From positions 353,330,338-353,394,337 of the forward strand of contig NC_058131.1 in assembly GCF_016433145.1 (NCBI RefSeq): a stretch of DNA of 64,000 nucleotides. The letters run 5' to 3'. The notes under the pieces are model-generated. The model saw nothing but the letters and a program-made list of their open reading frames with translations, made no database searches and was not told where the DNA came from. The stretch is from Gracilinanus agilis. Taxonomy: Eukaryota. Position 1 is the stretch's first letter, and every line of letters begins with the position of its first letter. Below, piece after piece: positions 51,668 to 64,000 of this stretch. The translations under genes and the position numbers were made by a program.

Positions 51668-52750
51668 CTAATGAAACAAGAAGAAAACCAACTCAATTAG
51701 AAGATAGTACTCACACAATTGCTTCTCTTTTAAAAAATGAAAGCTAGACACAGTGAATAAACTTACCTGCTTACAAAAGGATTCATGATTTTCCTACATC
51801 TAACAATGCAATTTAAAAATCATTACTAGTATGTCTATATAAATTGATTGAAGGTATCAAAAACAATGTAATCAAAGCCCCTTATTTAACAGGTAAGAAA
51901 TTATGGCCCAGCTAGTTTATCAAAGTTCAAAAAGAAATATAGCATAACTAAGAATGGACAATCTGGTACCCCATTAATATGTCTATTCTCTTAATTTCAT
52001 TATACCATTTTATCATTGGTGTTCTACAAATTATTCAGCTACTCTCCATCTGTTAAACATTTTGTTTCTAAGTTCTTCCTCCCACCCACACAACCAATCA
52101 ATAAATAATGGTGCTATGTTTGAAAAATTAATAATATTCTCAGGATTTTTCCAAAATAATAGGACTAACAGGTTTCATTATTTTTCTACCTTTTATAGCA
52201 CATTATCATGTCCAAATTTGCAATTCTAGCAATTTGTGGATGCAACTACTTCTCCACAACTCCAAAAATAATGTGTTTTTGTTAAGTGTGGTCAGATTAC
52301 ATCCAAGACAACAGTCTTTGAGGCAAATTTGAAACCTAAACCTATGAACAAAAGCAGGGAAATCATTCTGGAGAACTCTATTCTCTTAAAATTTAACTGA
52401 AAGGAGACAACATATCAAATAAAAGCATCTACTCAAACATTCCACAGTCCAGAATATATTTTCATTATTTAAACATTCTTCATTCTTTAAATATCTATAG
52501 ATTATCATGAGCATACCTTTTCTGACATAATGTTAAGTAACTATTATCTTTTCCATAAAATTGAGTTCTGTTTTGCTTTCTATAAATCAGTTTGATAAGA
52601 GCCAGGGACTAGATCTATGACTTCACAGGACTAAAGAATGCCCAAATAAGGGGAACTCTCTTCACTGATATAGGTCAACACCCTCTCTGCAACTTATTGG
52701 CTTAAAGATCCTTATTCTGTATCCTATCACATAGTGATTTCACAAGTTTG

Positions 52751-52781
<31 letters not shown>

Positions 52782-53417
52782 GAGGGAAGTAGATGTATAC
52801 TTTTCACTGTGTCCAGCTAGCTATTATGCAATCCTCTATCACAGAGGTTAATGAGAACTGATGATTTTAAGGTCTACAAAGCACTTTCCAAACAATAGCT
52901 TGACAAGTCAGATTACTATATGGATTATTACTTACACTTTAGACATGAGGAAATAGACTCATAGACAAGTTCCATTTATCAGCAACATTTTAATTCCTCT
53001 TTTTTTGGTGGAACTACTGGTTCTACAATTATGAACTGATGCCTGATTTGGCAGTTGTGTCATTTTATTCCAAGAAGACAAAAACATTTATCTAAATAAG
53101 ATTCATGACCAATGTTTTTTCTTTATGGTATTTCGGCCTTTTCCATAACACTCAATGCAATTTATTAACTGAATCAAATCTAAACAGTTTTTGCAAACTT
53201 TTTCTAAAGCCACTTTATGTGAAAGATTTTATCAGTGTTGCCCTTCCTGGAACCATAAAGCTGTAGCATCTTACAGATTCTTTTCAAATCATGTACCTTG
53301 AACTAAACAAATATTACTATGATGGCTAACATGAGGCAAGGGCAATCAACTGTCATAATGTATGGATATGTTCAAATGTCTACTTCTGGAGAACAACTTT
53401 ACAGAGTTTTTCCTTAC

Positions 53418-53530
53418 CTTGATATGCTTGTAGGGTGGTGGTTTCTTGTCATTTTTTCTGTCTTCCTGGAGCTGTCTTAGCTCTTTCTGGGCCTTTAATT
53501 CTTCAAAACGGACAGCAGCTTCTTGAAGAG
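53418..53530 (-). CDS. NSD1: NSD1 exon (exon 17 equivalent)
   Basis: (A)[37 protein letters not shown]; 113 nt. Confidence 0.96.
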
Positions 53531-53752
53531 CTAAAAAAATAAGAGTGCACAAGCCAATTTAAGATACTTGATATAATAAATGCTTATATAAAAACATCAA
53601 TTTTTCAAATTAAGTGTATACTTATTAATTTCATTAGGCATGAAGAAGGAATAAGAGACTATATATCCAACATCCAGCACAGTATCTAGTGAACAGAAGT
53701 TTAGTAAATGCTTGGTTCTTAACCTTCAATAGCTTAAAATCTACTTGTGTGA

Positions 53753-53939
53753 GGGGGCAGCTGGGTAGCTCAGTGGATTGAGAGTCATGCCTAGAGACGG
53801 GAGGTCCTAGGTTCAAATCCAGCCTCAGACATTTCCCAGCTATGTGACCCTGGCAAGTCACTTGACCTCCCCATTGCCCACCCTTACCACTCTTCCACCT
53901 ATGAGACAATACACAGAAGTTAAGGGTTAAAAAAAATAT
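53753..53939 (+). mobile_element. Young SINE1_Mdo-like SINE with TSD
   Basis: gggggcagctgggtagctcagtggattgagag head; TSD ATCTACTTGTG at 53739-53749 and 53940-53950. Confidence 0.88.
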
Positions 53940-54578
53940 ATCTACTTGTGAACAAGTACATAGAGAATGATGCTAGATGTTTAGTGCAAAGTCTTAAGGG
54001 AATAATATATGCATTATAATATGTACAAAGAAAGCAATTGATTTATAGCTATATAATCAATATTATGACCATTCCCTAATTTTGCAATTTAGTAGAGAAG
54101 TGAACAGATTTAATGATTAATGAATGGGAGCACAGAAAATTACAAAAAGAAAAACAATGAAGAAACTTTTAAAGAACCTGATTCATGGGAGAATGTTAAA
54201 ATACATAGTTGCCATCCATGAGCTCAAAAATAAAAGGCCTTTAATCACAGTGAAAATTATAATTATAAGGATGATATTAGAAATTAAGTTTTATTATATT
54301 AGGTTAGAGATAAAAAAGTAGAGAAACTGGCTTGAGAAAGGATTGGAGTTTTAAAAGATCTGAGACACAACGACAGTTTCAAATGTTGACAGTGTGTGGG
54401 GAGAAGTTTAACGGTTTTTCTATGACAGTTAGTCTCTCAGTGTGGCAGTTATGGGATTGGGGGCAAGTGTATCTGAATGATGGTGGTCCCAACACTACTG
54501 GTCTATCAGCTTATGTGGGGCCTCTGGCCTCAGATTTATCTATAGGAATATGTCTCACAAACACAAATACTCTTTTAC

Positions 54579-54784
54579 CTTTTTTATATGTCCCATCAAC
54601 TCCTTTGCCCATCTTGTCCTTACTACTGACATCTCCCTCCATGTAGGGAAAGACTCGGGCCTGATGGGTCCATAAGTAATCATTAGAACCAAAAAATAAA
54701 ACAGGAAATTCACCCACATCATGTCTCATCTTATCAATATTGGAAGGAATAGCTCGAGGATGACAAATTTCAGCTGGCCACCAC
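54579..54784 (-). CDS. NSD1: NSD1 exon (PWWP2; exon 16 equivalent)
   Basis: (R)[68 protein letters not shown]; 206 nt. Confidence 0.97.
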
Positions 54785-54982
54785 CTGTGAGTGATAAAAA
54801 GGAAAAAACACTCAGATACATACATGTGGACTTTGGAAAGGAGTTTAGAGAGTGAGGGTAGGAACACTTCTAATTGAATATTAATTAAAAATAAATCAAA
54901 CAATAATTAAAAATACATCTAATGAAAATCTTGTTAAGAAATAAATCAATTAAAACAATATTTCTATTCAATTCTTTCTTAC

Positions 54983-55139
54983 CTATATCGGCCAACTTTT
55001 ACCCAGACGACCTCTCGGTAGTGTGGTTTTTTGCCTGCCTTACAGTCATTGCAATACCAGTTGCCCTCAGGGATATCTATATTCAGACATTCTCGATGAA
55101 ATGCAGCAGGGCAAGAGTCACAGCACAAAAGACTGCCCC
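54983..55139 (-). CDS. NSD1: NSD1 exon (PHD/PWWP2 start; exon 15 equivalent)
   Basis: (G)[51 protein letters not shown](R); 157 nt. The next upstream exon was not found, so it lies beyond 64000. Confidence 0.96.
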
Positions 55140-58100
55140 CTGAAGGAATAGAGGAACTCATGAGTCAAAATTACAAAGCATCACAGTTTGGTCAATAGGG
55201 ATCTTTTAATAAGTGCCTTCTTTCTTGGGATGGGAGCCTCAAGTTATACTGAAGTAATGACCAGAAAAATATAACCAGTATTTAGCTTATACTACACATC
55301 CCCATTCCTGGAATGATTATTTCACAGAACCATAAATTTAGAGCTAGAAGCAGCAATTGAATCCAATCCTTCTCACCTTGAAAATAGGGACACGGAGGCA
55401 CAAAAAGCATAAGTGATTTGCCCAGGTTCACATAGCTAAATAGATGTTCAAGGCAGGATTTGAACTCAGGTCTTCCTAATGGCACATACCAAACCGTATT
55501 CACTATACCACCTAGTTTCTGCAAATGTCCCACACAATTTTCAGAGACCATTTTCCCCATTAAAATTCTGTAGCATTTGGTTTTCTTTTTCAAGATAAAA
55601 TTTAAGCTATCTTGCTTATCTATGTTTCCTTCTGTTCTCTTCTAACTTTTTTTTTAACCCTAACACCTCTATCCCTTTAATTGGCTAGGGAGAGAAGAAA
55701 GGAGAACACTTCCCTGCCTCCCATCTTGTAATGAATATGCATAGTCAAGAAAAACACATTTCCACACTGAACATGTCCAAAAAGGCACAACTTCATTAAT
55801 GGTATGTTGGGATAATGGATGGATTTTATATTGCTCAGAGTTTTAAAGTCTTTAAAAATTATTTTTTTTTTTTTAGTATTTTTGCTGTTATTGTACAAAT
55901 CATTCTTTGGGTTCTACTCTTTTAACTATCAGTTCACAAAAGTTTTCACAGAATTCTCTAAAACCATTTATGGTGTATAACTATATACTATTATATTTAT
56001 ATCACTAGTACCCAAACTGATGGGTTCAATTCCACTACAAAAAGAGTGGCTATATTGGATACATATCCTTTTATGGTTAATATATATATCCCTTTCTTCT
56101 GACTTTCATATCCTTGGGATATGAGCCTACCAGTGATATTCCTGTTGGCACAAAATAAATGCTTAAACAAATGATTATTTTTTTCTTTCCTTCACAGATC
56201 AAAGGGTATACTGAAAGTTTAGTGGCTTTTGAGGCAGAGTTACAAATTGCTTCCCAGGCTGGCTAGACCAATCCACAGCTTCACCAATAATGTATTAATA
56301 TGCTTGCTTTCCCATAGCCAATCGAACATTTGTCATTTACCTTTTTTTGCCAATGATTGCTATAATACAGAAACTGAATCACTCTAATTTACATTAATCT
56401 AATTATTAGTGATATGGAACATTTTTAAAAACAAGACTAATCTCTTCCTTTGAAGAATTACCATATCATATTCTTTAGCCACTAATCAAGTGAAGAGTGG
56501 TTCTTAGTCTTAAAACAACCTGCATAGATTACTGATTAATACTAGAAATGATATCTTTATTAGAGAAACTTCCTTCAAAGATTTTTTTCTTTAAACTCCA
56601 TTTAAAATCTCACAAAGCACTGCTTTAACCCAGGCTATACTCGCCCCCCCCCCATCTTCAAATGACTTAGCAGTATTTTTTAGAAAAATTTACTCATGTA
56701 TACGTGTTATTTTCCTATCAGGAGAATACTGACTTCATGAGGAAATGGAAAAAGTTTCATTTATTTTTTTGTATCTCATATGCCTTGCACAGTGCTTGGC
56801 ACATAGCAGGTAATTAAAATATATGTGCTGGATTGAATTAAATAACTAGTATTTGAAAATCAACATTTAGACCCCAGGTTGGCCACTGAGCCATGTAACT
56901 TTAAGCAAATAACTTTGCTTTATAAAAAAATTTAAAATTCTTACCTTCTGTCTTAGAAATGATACTAAGTAGCTATTCCAAGGCAAAAGAGTGGTATGGG
57001 CTAGGCAATGAGGGGGTTAAATGACTTGTCCAGAGACCTATAGCTAGGAAGTGTCTGATACTAGATTTGAAGGCAGGATCTCCAACTCTAGATCTGGATC
57101 CATTGAGCTACCTAGCTGCCCCATAACATCACTCTTGTGAGGCTAAGATTCTTTTTCTGTAAAAGGATACACAGCATTTAGACTAGAGGGCCTCTAAAGT
57201 CTTTTATTCTGTAAAGCTATATACTTTCATAGAGGGTACTACATAAATTAGCAACTGAATCCATGCAGTTGTATTGTTTGCCAAGTGTATGTTCTTTTAT
57301 GCAATAAGCACTTATGACCTTCTGTCTTCTATTCAGGTGCCACTTTTTAAGTTTCTAGCACTGCACTTTAGAAATCAAAGTCATTTAAGAAACTATTGAA
57401 TGGATTTCAAGCTAAGCACAATGTAACCTGAGGAATTTATTATACAGGGTAGTTTCTGAGAATTTAAGATGTTCATGAGTAAGAGTCATTTTTAAGAGAA
57501 GGGAGATATGGGACAAGATGGGATTTGAAGTCCAGTGTTCTTTCTACTACCCCATGCCGCCTCACAGATGCAGCCTGAACAAAGACACAAAATGAGAATG
57601 TGACCCTTGGCTGGACTCAGAGGAATTCATTTGGAGATATGTCTAAAGAGATCAAGAAAAAAAATTAATGGACACATGATTTTTAGGTGAATGGAGAGGA
57701 GGTAGAGAAGGAGCTAGATCAATTTTTACATTTTCAGCCTAGCGGTCCAGGTGGATGGAAAAAATAAGAAAATAGAGTGCAATATCTCTATTCAGGGGTA
57801 GAGCAAAAGATAAGGAGTCATAATTAATGAGCTATGGGATATAATTTCTAAAGTCTGTTCCAGTTCTAGAGGAAACAATTTCAGATATTCACTTTGCATT
57901 TTGTCATTTACAGTCTCATTATATCACTGGTAAGGGCTCTTCCCTATGGATATGAAGAAGTGTGCAAAGGATTAAACACACAAAGGTGAACACTATTCTT
58001 TCTTCCTTTGTTCTCCTATTATCTCTTAGGAGCTGAGGACTCCCTTATTAATTTATTCTATTTTATTGTCATGTGTTACTTTTAATTCCTCAAAAGAAAA

Positions 58101-60988
58101 AAAAAAGATAAGGGGGAAGAACATTTTTTTATGCTTGCCTAAGAGGCTCAACTAGAAGCAGAGGCAGCCTGAGATTCAATACACCACAATTTGCTGTTTG
58201 ATAGGAACTACCCAAAATTCATTCGTTTATGTCACCAAAGGTGGTAATTTCCCAATTGATCAAAAGCTTCAAAAATATGAGAGGCTTAGGTGAGGGAATA
58301 AGATAACATGATCATCTTTTTTTTTTTTTTTAAACCCTTACCTTCAGTCTTAGAATCAATACTATGTATTGGTTTTATGGCAGAAGAATGGTATGGGTTA
58401 GGCAATGGGGATTAAGTGACATAGCTAGGAAGTGTCTGAGGCCACATTTAAACCTAGGACCTTCCATCTCTAGGCTTCTCAATCCACTGAGTCACCCAGC
58501 TGTACCCCTGGTAATTTTTAATAAATATGCCACTTACACCTTAAAGACCATATGCAAATGAAAAAGGAAAGGAATTTGGTAGATCATTTAGTCCATTCCT
58601 TCATGTTATAAAAGTGAGGAAATGGAGATTCTGAGGTGGCTGTGACTGACAATATATAACTACTTCGTAGTAGAACTGGAGTAAAATCAAAGTGTTTTAA
58701 ATCTCTTGTCCAGTGATTATTTTTCATATGCCATATTAAATCATTGAGTAGTTATTAAATAAAAATAGTTACAAAACTCTCTCACTAGTATCAATCAGAA
58801 ATCTTTCCACTCTGTATAACTACTGAAAAGGCTGCTAGCCTCATTCATTACTATTGAGCAATTCAACTCAATTCAACAAAGACACATATATATTTACTAT
58901 GTATTCAGAAGTACTTTGGTAAGAAGTGGGAAGTACTTTGGTAAGAAAGAGGCATTGACCCATAGGATTTAAGAAGTAGGAGGTTTTTCTGAAAATAACC
59001 TATGCACCCCATTTATTTTATACAGAAAACTAAGTCATATGGAAGGGACCTAATTTGTGCACTGTGAAACAAGTTAACTAGGATTCAAATTCAGGCTAAC
59101 TACAAAAACTTCACTATTCTACTACATCTTGGTTTGGGAGCACATACTAAATGGAATTCCTGTTCTCCTTAGTCTTGATTATAGTTATATTCTTTCAATA
59201 AGACAACATAAAGAACTATGACTGGAGAACAACATAATTCTCTAGGAAAAAAAGAATTCTTTAATAATGCTATACTTTTGGTTTGGAATATTCAGGAGAA
59301 AAAAGTTGGGCCCACTGAAGAAATCACTGATAAAGACAGCATGGTAAAAACAATGGAATTTAGGGACAGTGAATTTGGATTTGAATCTTAGATCTGATCT
59401 TAAAATGTATAAATACAGAAACTCATTTAATATCTCTGGGCCTCAGTGAAGTTCTGAGTTAGAGAATTCTGGTTATGTTTCTTCTTATCTCTCTAAGCAA
59501 TGGTTGTCTAATATGTAAAGTGAGGGGGAAGGATGAAATGTCCAGTTCCAGGATCTATGGCACTATTTGAAATAAGATTAGATTTATTATACTGTCTCTA
59601 AGAGATCAGGGCTAGGAACAGTGAGTGAAGGTTTTAAAAACAGATATAGAGTTGATATAAGGAAAAACTGACCAATATTCAAAATTATACTTAATTTTAA
59701 AAAATTAATAAAAAAAAATACCTCACTTCGAGGTCTTCAAACAAATGCTGAAATGCCAACCTATCAGATGTGTTTGCAGAGGTGCCATCTAACCCTTAAG
59801 TTCTGTGATTCAGTAATATCAGCCCTCTTCTGTAGAGTAATGGATGCTAAGGTTCCTTCTAGCTTTAATATTCTGTAGTTCTCTGATATTTAAAGGAAAG
59901 GAGAGATCTGCAGAAGATGCTTCATGAAGAAGAAGCTTGTAAAATAACAGGCCTATTTGTATCCTGCGAGATCAAATGAATGAAAGCAATGATTCTCACA
60001 ACTTTGTTAATAAAAATACACTATGACTAGTAAAGAAATAAACCATTGCAGCAGAACAGGAAATACATTATAGACATTAGGTTTCAAAACCTACATGTTC
60101 TAAGTCAAAGAAGAATAACTGGGTTTAAGAGCTACATAATTATTATCACTGGTTCAGTCATTCTGCAGTCACAGCCTCCCCTCTTTAGAAATTGTCTGTG
60201 AACCACAACAAAGATGACACAAAAAAACCACACAGGCATAAAACTTCTATCAGGCAGCCCAAATATATGTGGTTATAGTGTCAGCACAGAAGGACAAAGA
60301 TTTAAACCAAAGGACAGAAAAGGAAAAAGAAATCACACATGAAATGAACTATTTCCTACAGATAAATATTCATCAAACAAAACAGAGTATAGGAATTGGC
60401 TAAGGAAAGCATCTTCTTTTACTCAAGTATGAAGGAAAGAAGAGCTAAGAGTAAAAGCAGAGTGTTAAGTCTGGTGACTAGTCTACTTAAACTGAGAGGT
60501 TTGTATTTTAATAGTTATTCACTTTATTTTCAATTTGCTATTATCACTAAAAATAAAACTATTAATATTTTGGATGTGTTTTTATATCTTTGACCTCCTT
60601 GTAGTTTTAGTAAAGGATTTATGGCAAAAAGAATCTCAACAATTTTAGTTACTCTTTTTGCATAATTACAAACTGATATCCAGAAAAGTCTAATTCATAG
60701 TTCTATAAAAGGTGTATTAATAGAACTGTTTATCCCACAGCTGCTTGAACACCGAGTGTTCCCATTTTGGGGATTTGGGGGTTATTGTTGCCAATTTGGA
60801 GGATGTTGGGAAACTCGAAAGCCATTTTAATTTTTCATTTCTATTATTAGTGACTAGGAAACTGTTTTTGCCATTTCCTTTGTAATTTTTTTGAAAATTG
60901 TTACTTTCCCTTGCCAATGTTTCTACAGGAGAGGGAGAGGCTCTTGGTCTTATATACTGATGTCTCTTCCCTAAATATGTGATACAAG

Positions 60989-61191
60989 TTTTTTTTTTAA
61001 TTTTTAAAAATTTTTAAACCCATAACTTTCTGTGTATTGGCTCCTTGGTGGAAGAGTGGTAAGGGTGGGCAATAGAGGTCAAGTGACTTGCCCAGGGTCA
61101 CACAGCTGGGAAGTATCTGAGGCTGGATTTGAACCTAGGACTTCCCATCTCTAGGCCTGGCTCTCAATCCACTGAGCTACCCAGCTGCCCT
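60989..61191 (-). mobile_element. SINE1_Mdo-like SINE with TSD
   Basis: TSD TGTGATACA at 60978-60986 and 61192-61200. Confidence 0.85.
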
Positions 61192-63155
61192 TGTGATACA
61201 GGTTTTAAAGATGTAAAGTACATTTGAGGCCAATGCCTTCTTTTAAGGACCAGGAATTGATGCAAATTGATAGTTGCAAAGTGACTTGCCCCTGGCAAGA
61301 TTGAAGTGGTAAAGCCAGGATTAAAGTCTAGGTTTATCAGCTACATTTTATTACCTATTGCAGCATTTTGCTTGATATTTCATCTAGATTCTATTTGTTA
61401 AAAGCCTTTGACTTTATGTAGTTAAGTTTCCTTCCTGATCATATTAAAAAAATTTTATTTGAAGGGGGAAAAAAGGGAAGATAAACCTTTTTACAAATGG
61501 TTGTACCCTCTTGGACCTGGCTGAAAGAAATATTTATTGGTTGATTATGTATGACAACAGGTGCTAACCTAAACCTAATTTCTGCTAAATGCTTTATTAT
61601 GGACAAATAGGGCCTACTTCCCAATAAATGATTACCAAAGAATTGGTTGTAAGGCAACTATTTTCCATTGTATATGGTTGAATTGTGGAATATCTGAATA
61701 AGTTGTAAAATATTACATTGCTTAATATGAAACATTTAAAGAAACTTAAGACTCATGGGAATTTACATAGGAACTAAGGTTGAATGAAATAAACAGAATT
61801 AAAATATAGACAAACTGCAAAAATGTTTATTAAAAAATACTGAAAAGAATTTGAAAAACTATTAACAGTCTTATAAATACATCTCCCTCTTCTTGGCAGA
61901 AAGGCAAAGAAGAGCCTCATAGATAATATCACATACAGTCACTGCATTGGGTGTTTTGGCTGAAACTGTTTTTATTTGTTACAAAGAACTTTCCTGCCTT
62001 GTAACAAGGTACCTTCCCCTGTAACAAAGAAAAACAATTGAGCAAAAACAACCAGTGCAGTGACTGTATGAAGCAATAAATACAACACTGGAAAAAGGTG
62101 ATTTTTCTGGAAACGCTGATTTAAAACAAAAAGGAACAAAATGAAATTTACAAAAAAGAAAGAAAAGAAAATAGATGCCCCAAAGTTTTTATTTCTTTTA
62201 ACCCCTGCATATATTAGGAATAGTTAATATACAGAAATGAAAACTCTATTTATTGTTATATTGTATAAAATGTGAAGATTGTTGTTGGTACCTAGGCTAC
62301 TCAAAGTTCAGAGGATCATGTAATTTTAACTTTTAACAGAATGATTATATTGATCAACTACTGATTCCAGAGAATACATAAAACATTTTGCCTAACTTTT
62401 CCTAACAAAAGGTGATGGATTCAGGATAAAGGCTAGGTCATATATTTTGGGGGCATGTCTAACAAGTATTTTTGGCTTTATAATAAATAAAATACAGGAA
62501 TTTTGTTTTTAATTTCTTTTTTCAATCAGGAGAGGAAAGAAAATGAACTCTAGTCAATTTTTAAAATAAAATAAAATTTAAAAAAGAACCAGAAGGGCAT
62601 ATTCTAAACCTCCTCATTTTAGACAAGAGGAAAACAAATCTAGAAGATAGAACTAAGGCTGGATTTCCAGTACTGTATTCTTTCCAATAGAGCACTGTTA
62701 GAGATATAGTTAGTTCCAGAAAACCCCTAAAAGTTGTGAAAGCCCTGAGCCATCATTTGTTTTTTGAAAAGAAAAGCCACACAGAAGCCTTCCAACATCT
62801 ATACTGTCTATTCCTCAAATATTCTCATGGCTCAGTTCTCTCAGGTTGTTCCTTCCCATGATTTACTGCTGCTCTCCACCAGGCACAAAGTCATGCCCTT
62901 GATCTTGTCATCAACCATAAATGTCCCACCTCTACGTTCAAGAATTCTGCAACTCTTATCTTTTCATAATTGATTGGTTTTCCACCTCTCCTTTCTGCCT
63001 TTCCTTATAAAACTCTCCTCTTCAGTCACACTGAAACTTCCAACCCCTCAATTTTCTTCCGGGCCATCTCCTCTGAACTCTCCTCCTTTCCCCACTTTGA
63101 ACTCTTAATAAATGAGTTCAACTCTACACTAATCTCCTTGCTTAAAATCCTAGCC

Positions 63156-63544
63156 CAGTGATGGCAAACCTATGGCATGGGTGCCAAAAGTGGAGCTGCT
63201 CCCCTCCTCCTCCTCTCTACTATGCCTGATGACTTCACATCCCCTACCCCTCTGCCCAGCAGCCAATGGAAGCACACAGGGACAGCTCAGAGGCAGCAGA
63301 GCTAGAGCTGGAGGGGAGCAGAGGGTCATTCCCTTTCCCCTCTTTACACTCCCTAAGGACATTCCTCATTTCACCTGTCCCTCTCCCCTCCCCCAGCAGC
63401 CCAATGGGATCGCTTCCTCCCTCCCCTTTGTGGGGGTGGCAGAGCATACTGGACATTCATTTGTGGTGAGGAACATGACACTCGGTCTCTGGTCTGGGGG
63501 GTGGAGGCCTAGTACTCGTGTCTCTAAAAGGTTCGCCATTACTA
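63156..63544. mobile_element. hAT MITE (389 bp)
   Basis: TIRs CAGTGATGGCAAACCT / AGGTTCGCCATTACTA; 8-bp TSD tcctagcc / ccctagtc (6/8). Confidence 0.82.
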
Positions 63545-64000
63545 CCCTAGTCTCTTTACCATATCACCAGTTAGGTCACATGCCAAGCCTTAGCCTTGGA
63601 TCACTCAGACCATCAGTTGCCTCCACTCTTACACATGTGAGACTGAACTAAGGTGAAAAAAATTATCTAACAGTTTTAGGAAGATCCACTACAAAATAAG
63701 GTTATTCAACCTCAACTGGGACCTCACTACTGTTAAACAATCCTACCTAATCTACCCACTGCTCTCCACAATGGCTATTCTATATCTTTTCACCCTTTCT
63801 AAATCCCCTCTTTCACAGTCTTGACTGAGAACCTTACTCACATGATGAAATACTTATTCCACACAAAGTTCATCCTTTTGTGTTCTAAAGGGATCCCATT
63901 CCATCCCATAACCTCCAAGATTGTCACAGACAAATTCTTTAGGAATATATAATAAAGCACAACAGCAGAAAACATAAGTCTGAGCATATCTCACCCCCTT

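Noticed and set aside
58908-58947. 22-bp-period direct repeat gaagtactttggtaagaa x2
   Set aside because: Only two units, simple local duplication; not CRISPR-like.
60600-60930. Apparently non-repetitive intronic stretch with a small hairpin (gaacac-cga-gtgttc)
   Set aside because: Does not encode the expected upstream NSD1 exon; no snoRNA boxes or ORF evidence I can support.
61439-61657. 72-aa ORF in NSD1 intron
   Set aside because: No similarity to NSD1 PHD exons; other frames have stops; probably decayed repeat.

Overview
Eukaryotic (marsupial, most likely didelphid opossum judging by abundant SINE1_Mdo-like and MAR1-like SINEs) genomic window syntenic with human 5q35.3. From left to right: (i) the last two exons of a FYVE-domain gene resembling ZFYVE28/LST2 (+, 3' end only); (ii) complete MXD3 (+, 6 coding exons, 202 aa, with a 12.6 kb TE-filled intron 4); (iii) complete PRELID1 (-, 5 coding exons, 220 aa); (iv) complete RAB24 (+, 8 coding exons, 203 aa), head-to-head with PRELID1 across a CpG island; (v) the 3' nine coding exons of NSD1 (-; PHD, PWWP2, AWS, SET, post-SET, PHD5-C5HCH, low-complexity tail) plus a ~5.3 kb 3'UTR. 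All exons were delimited by GT-AG sites with phase-consistent joins. The most notable item is the ZFYVE28-like gene directly upstream of MXD3, which mirrors ZFYVE28-MXD4 at human 4p16.3 and looks like a retained ohnolog that has no counterpart I know of beside human MXD3. Comparisons to human proteins and to repeat families are from memory and need alignment. No prokaryotic-type features (CRISPR, rRNA, tRNA) were found.
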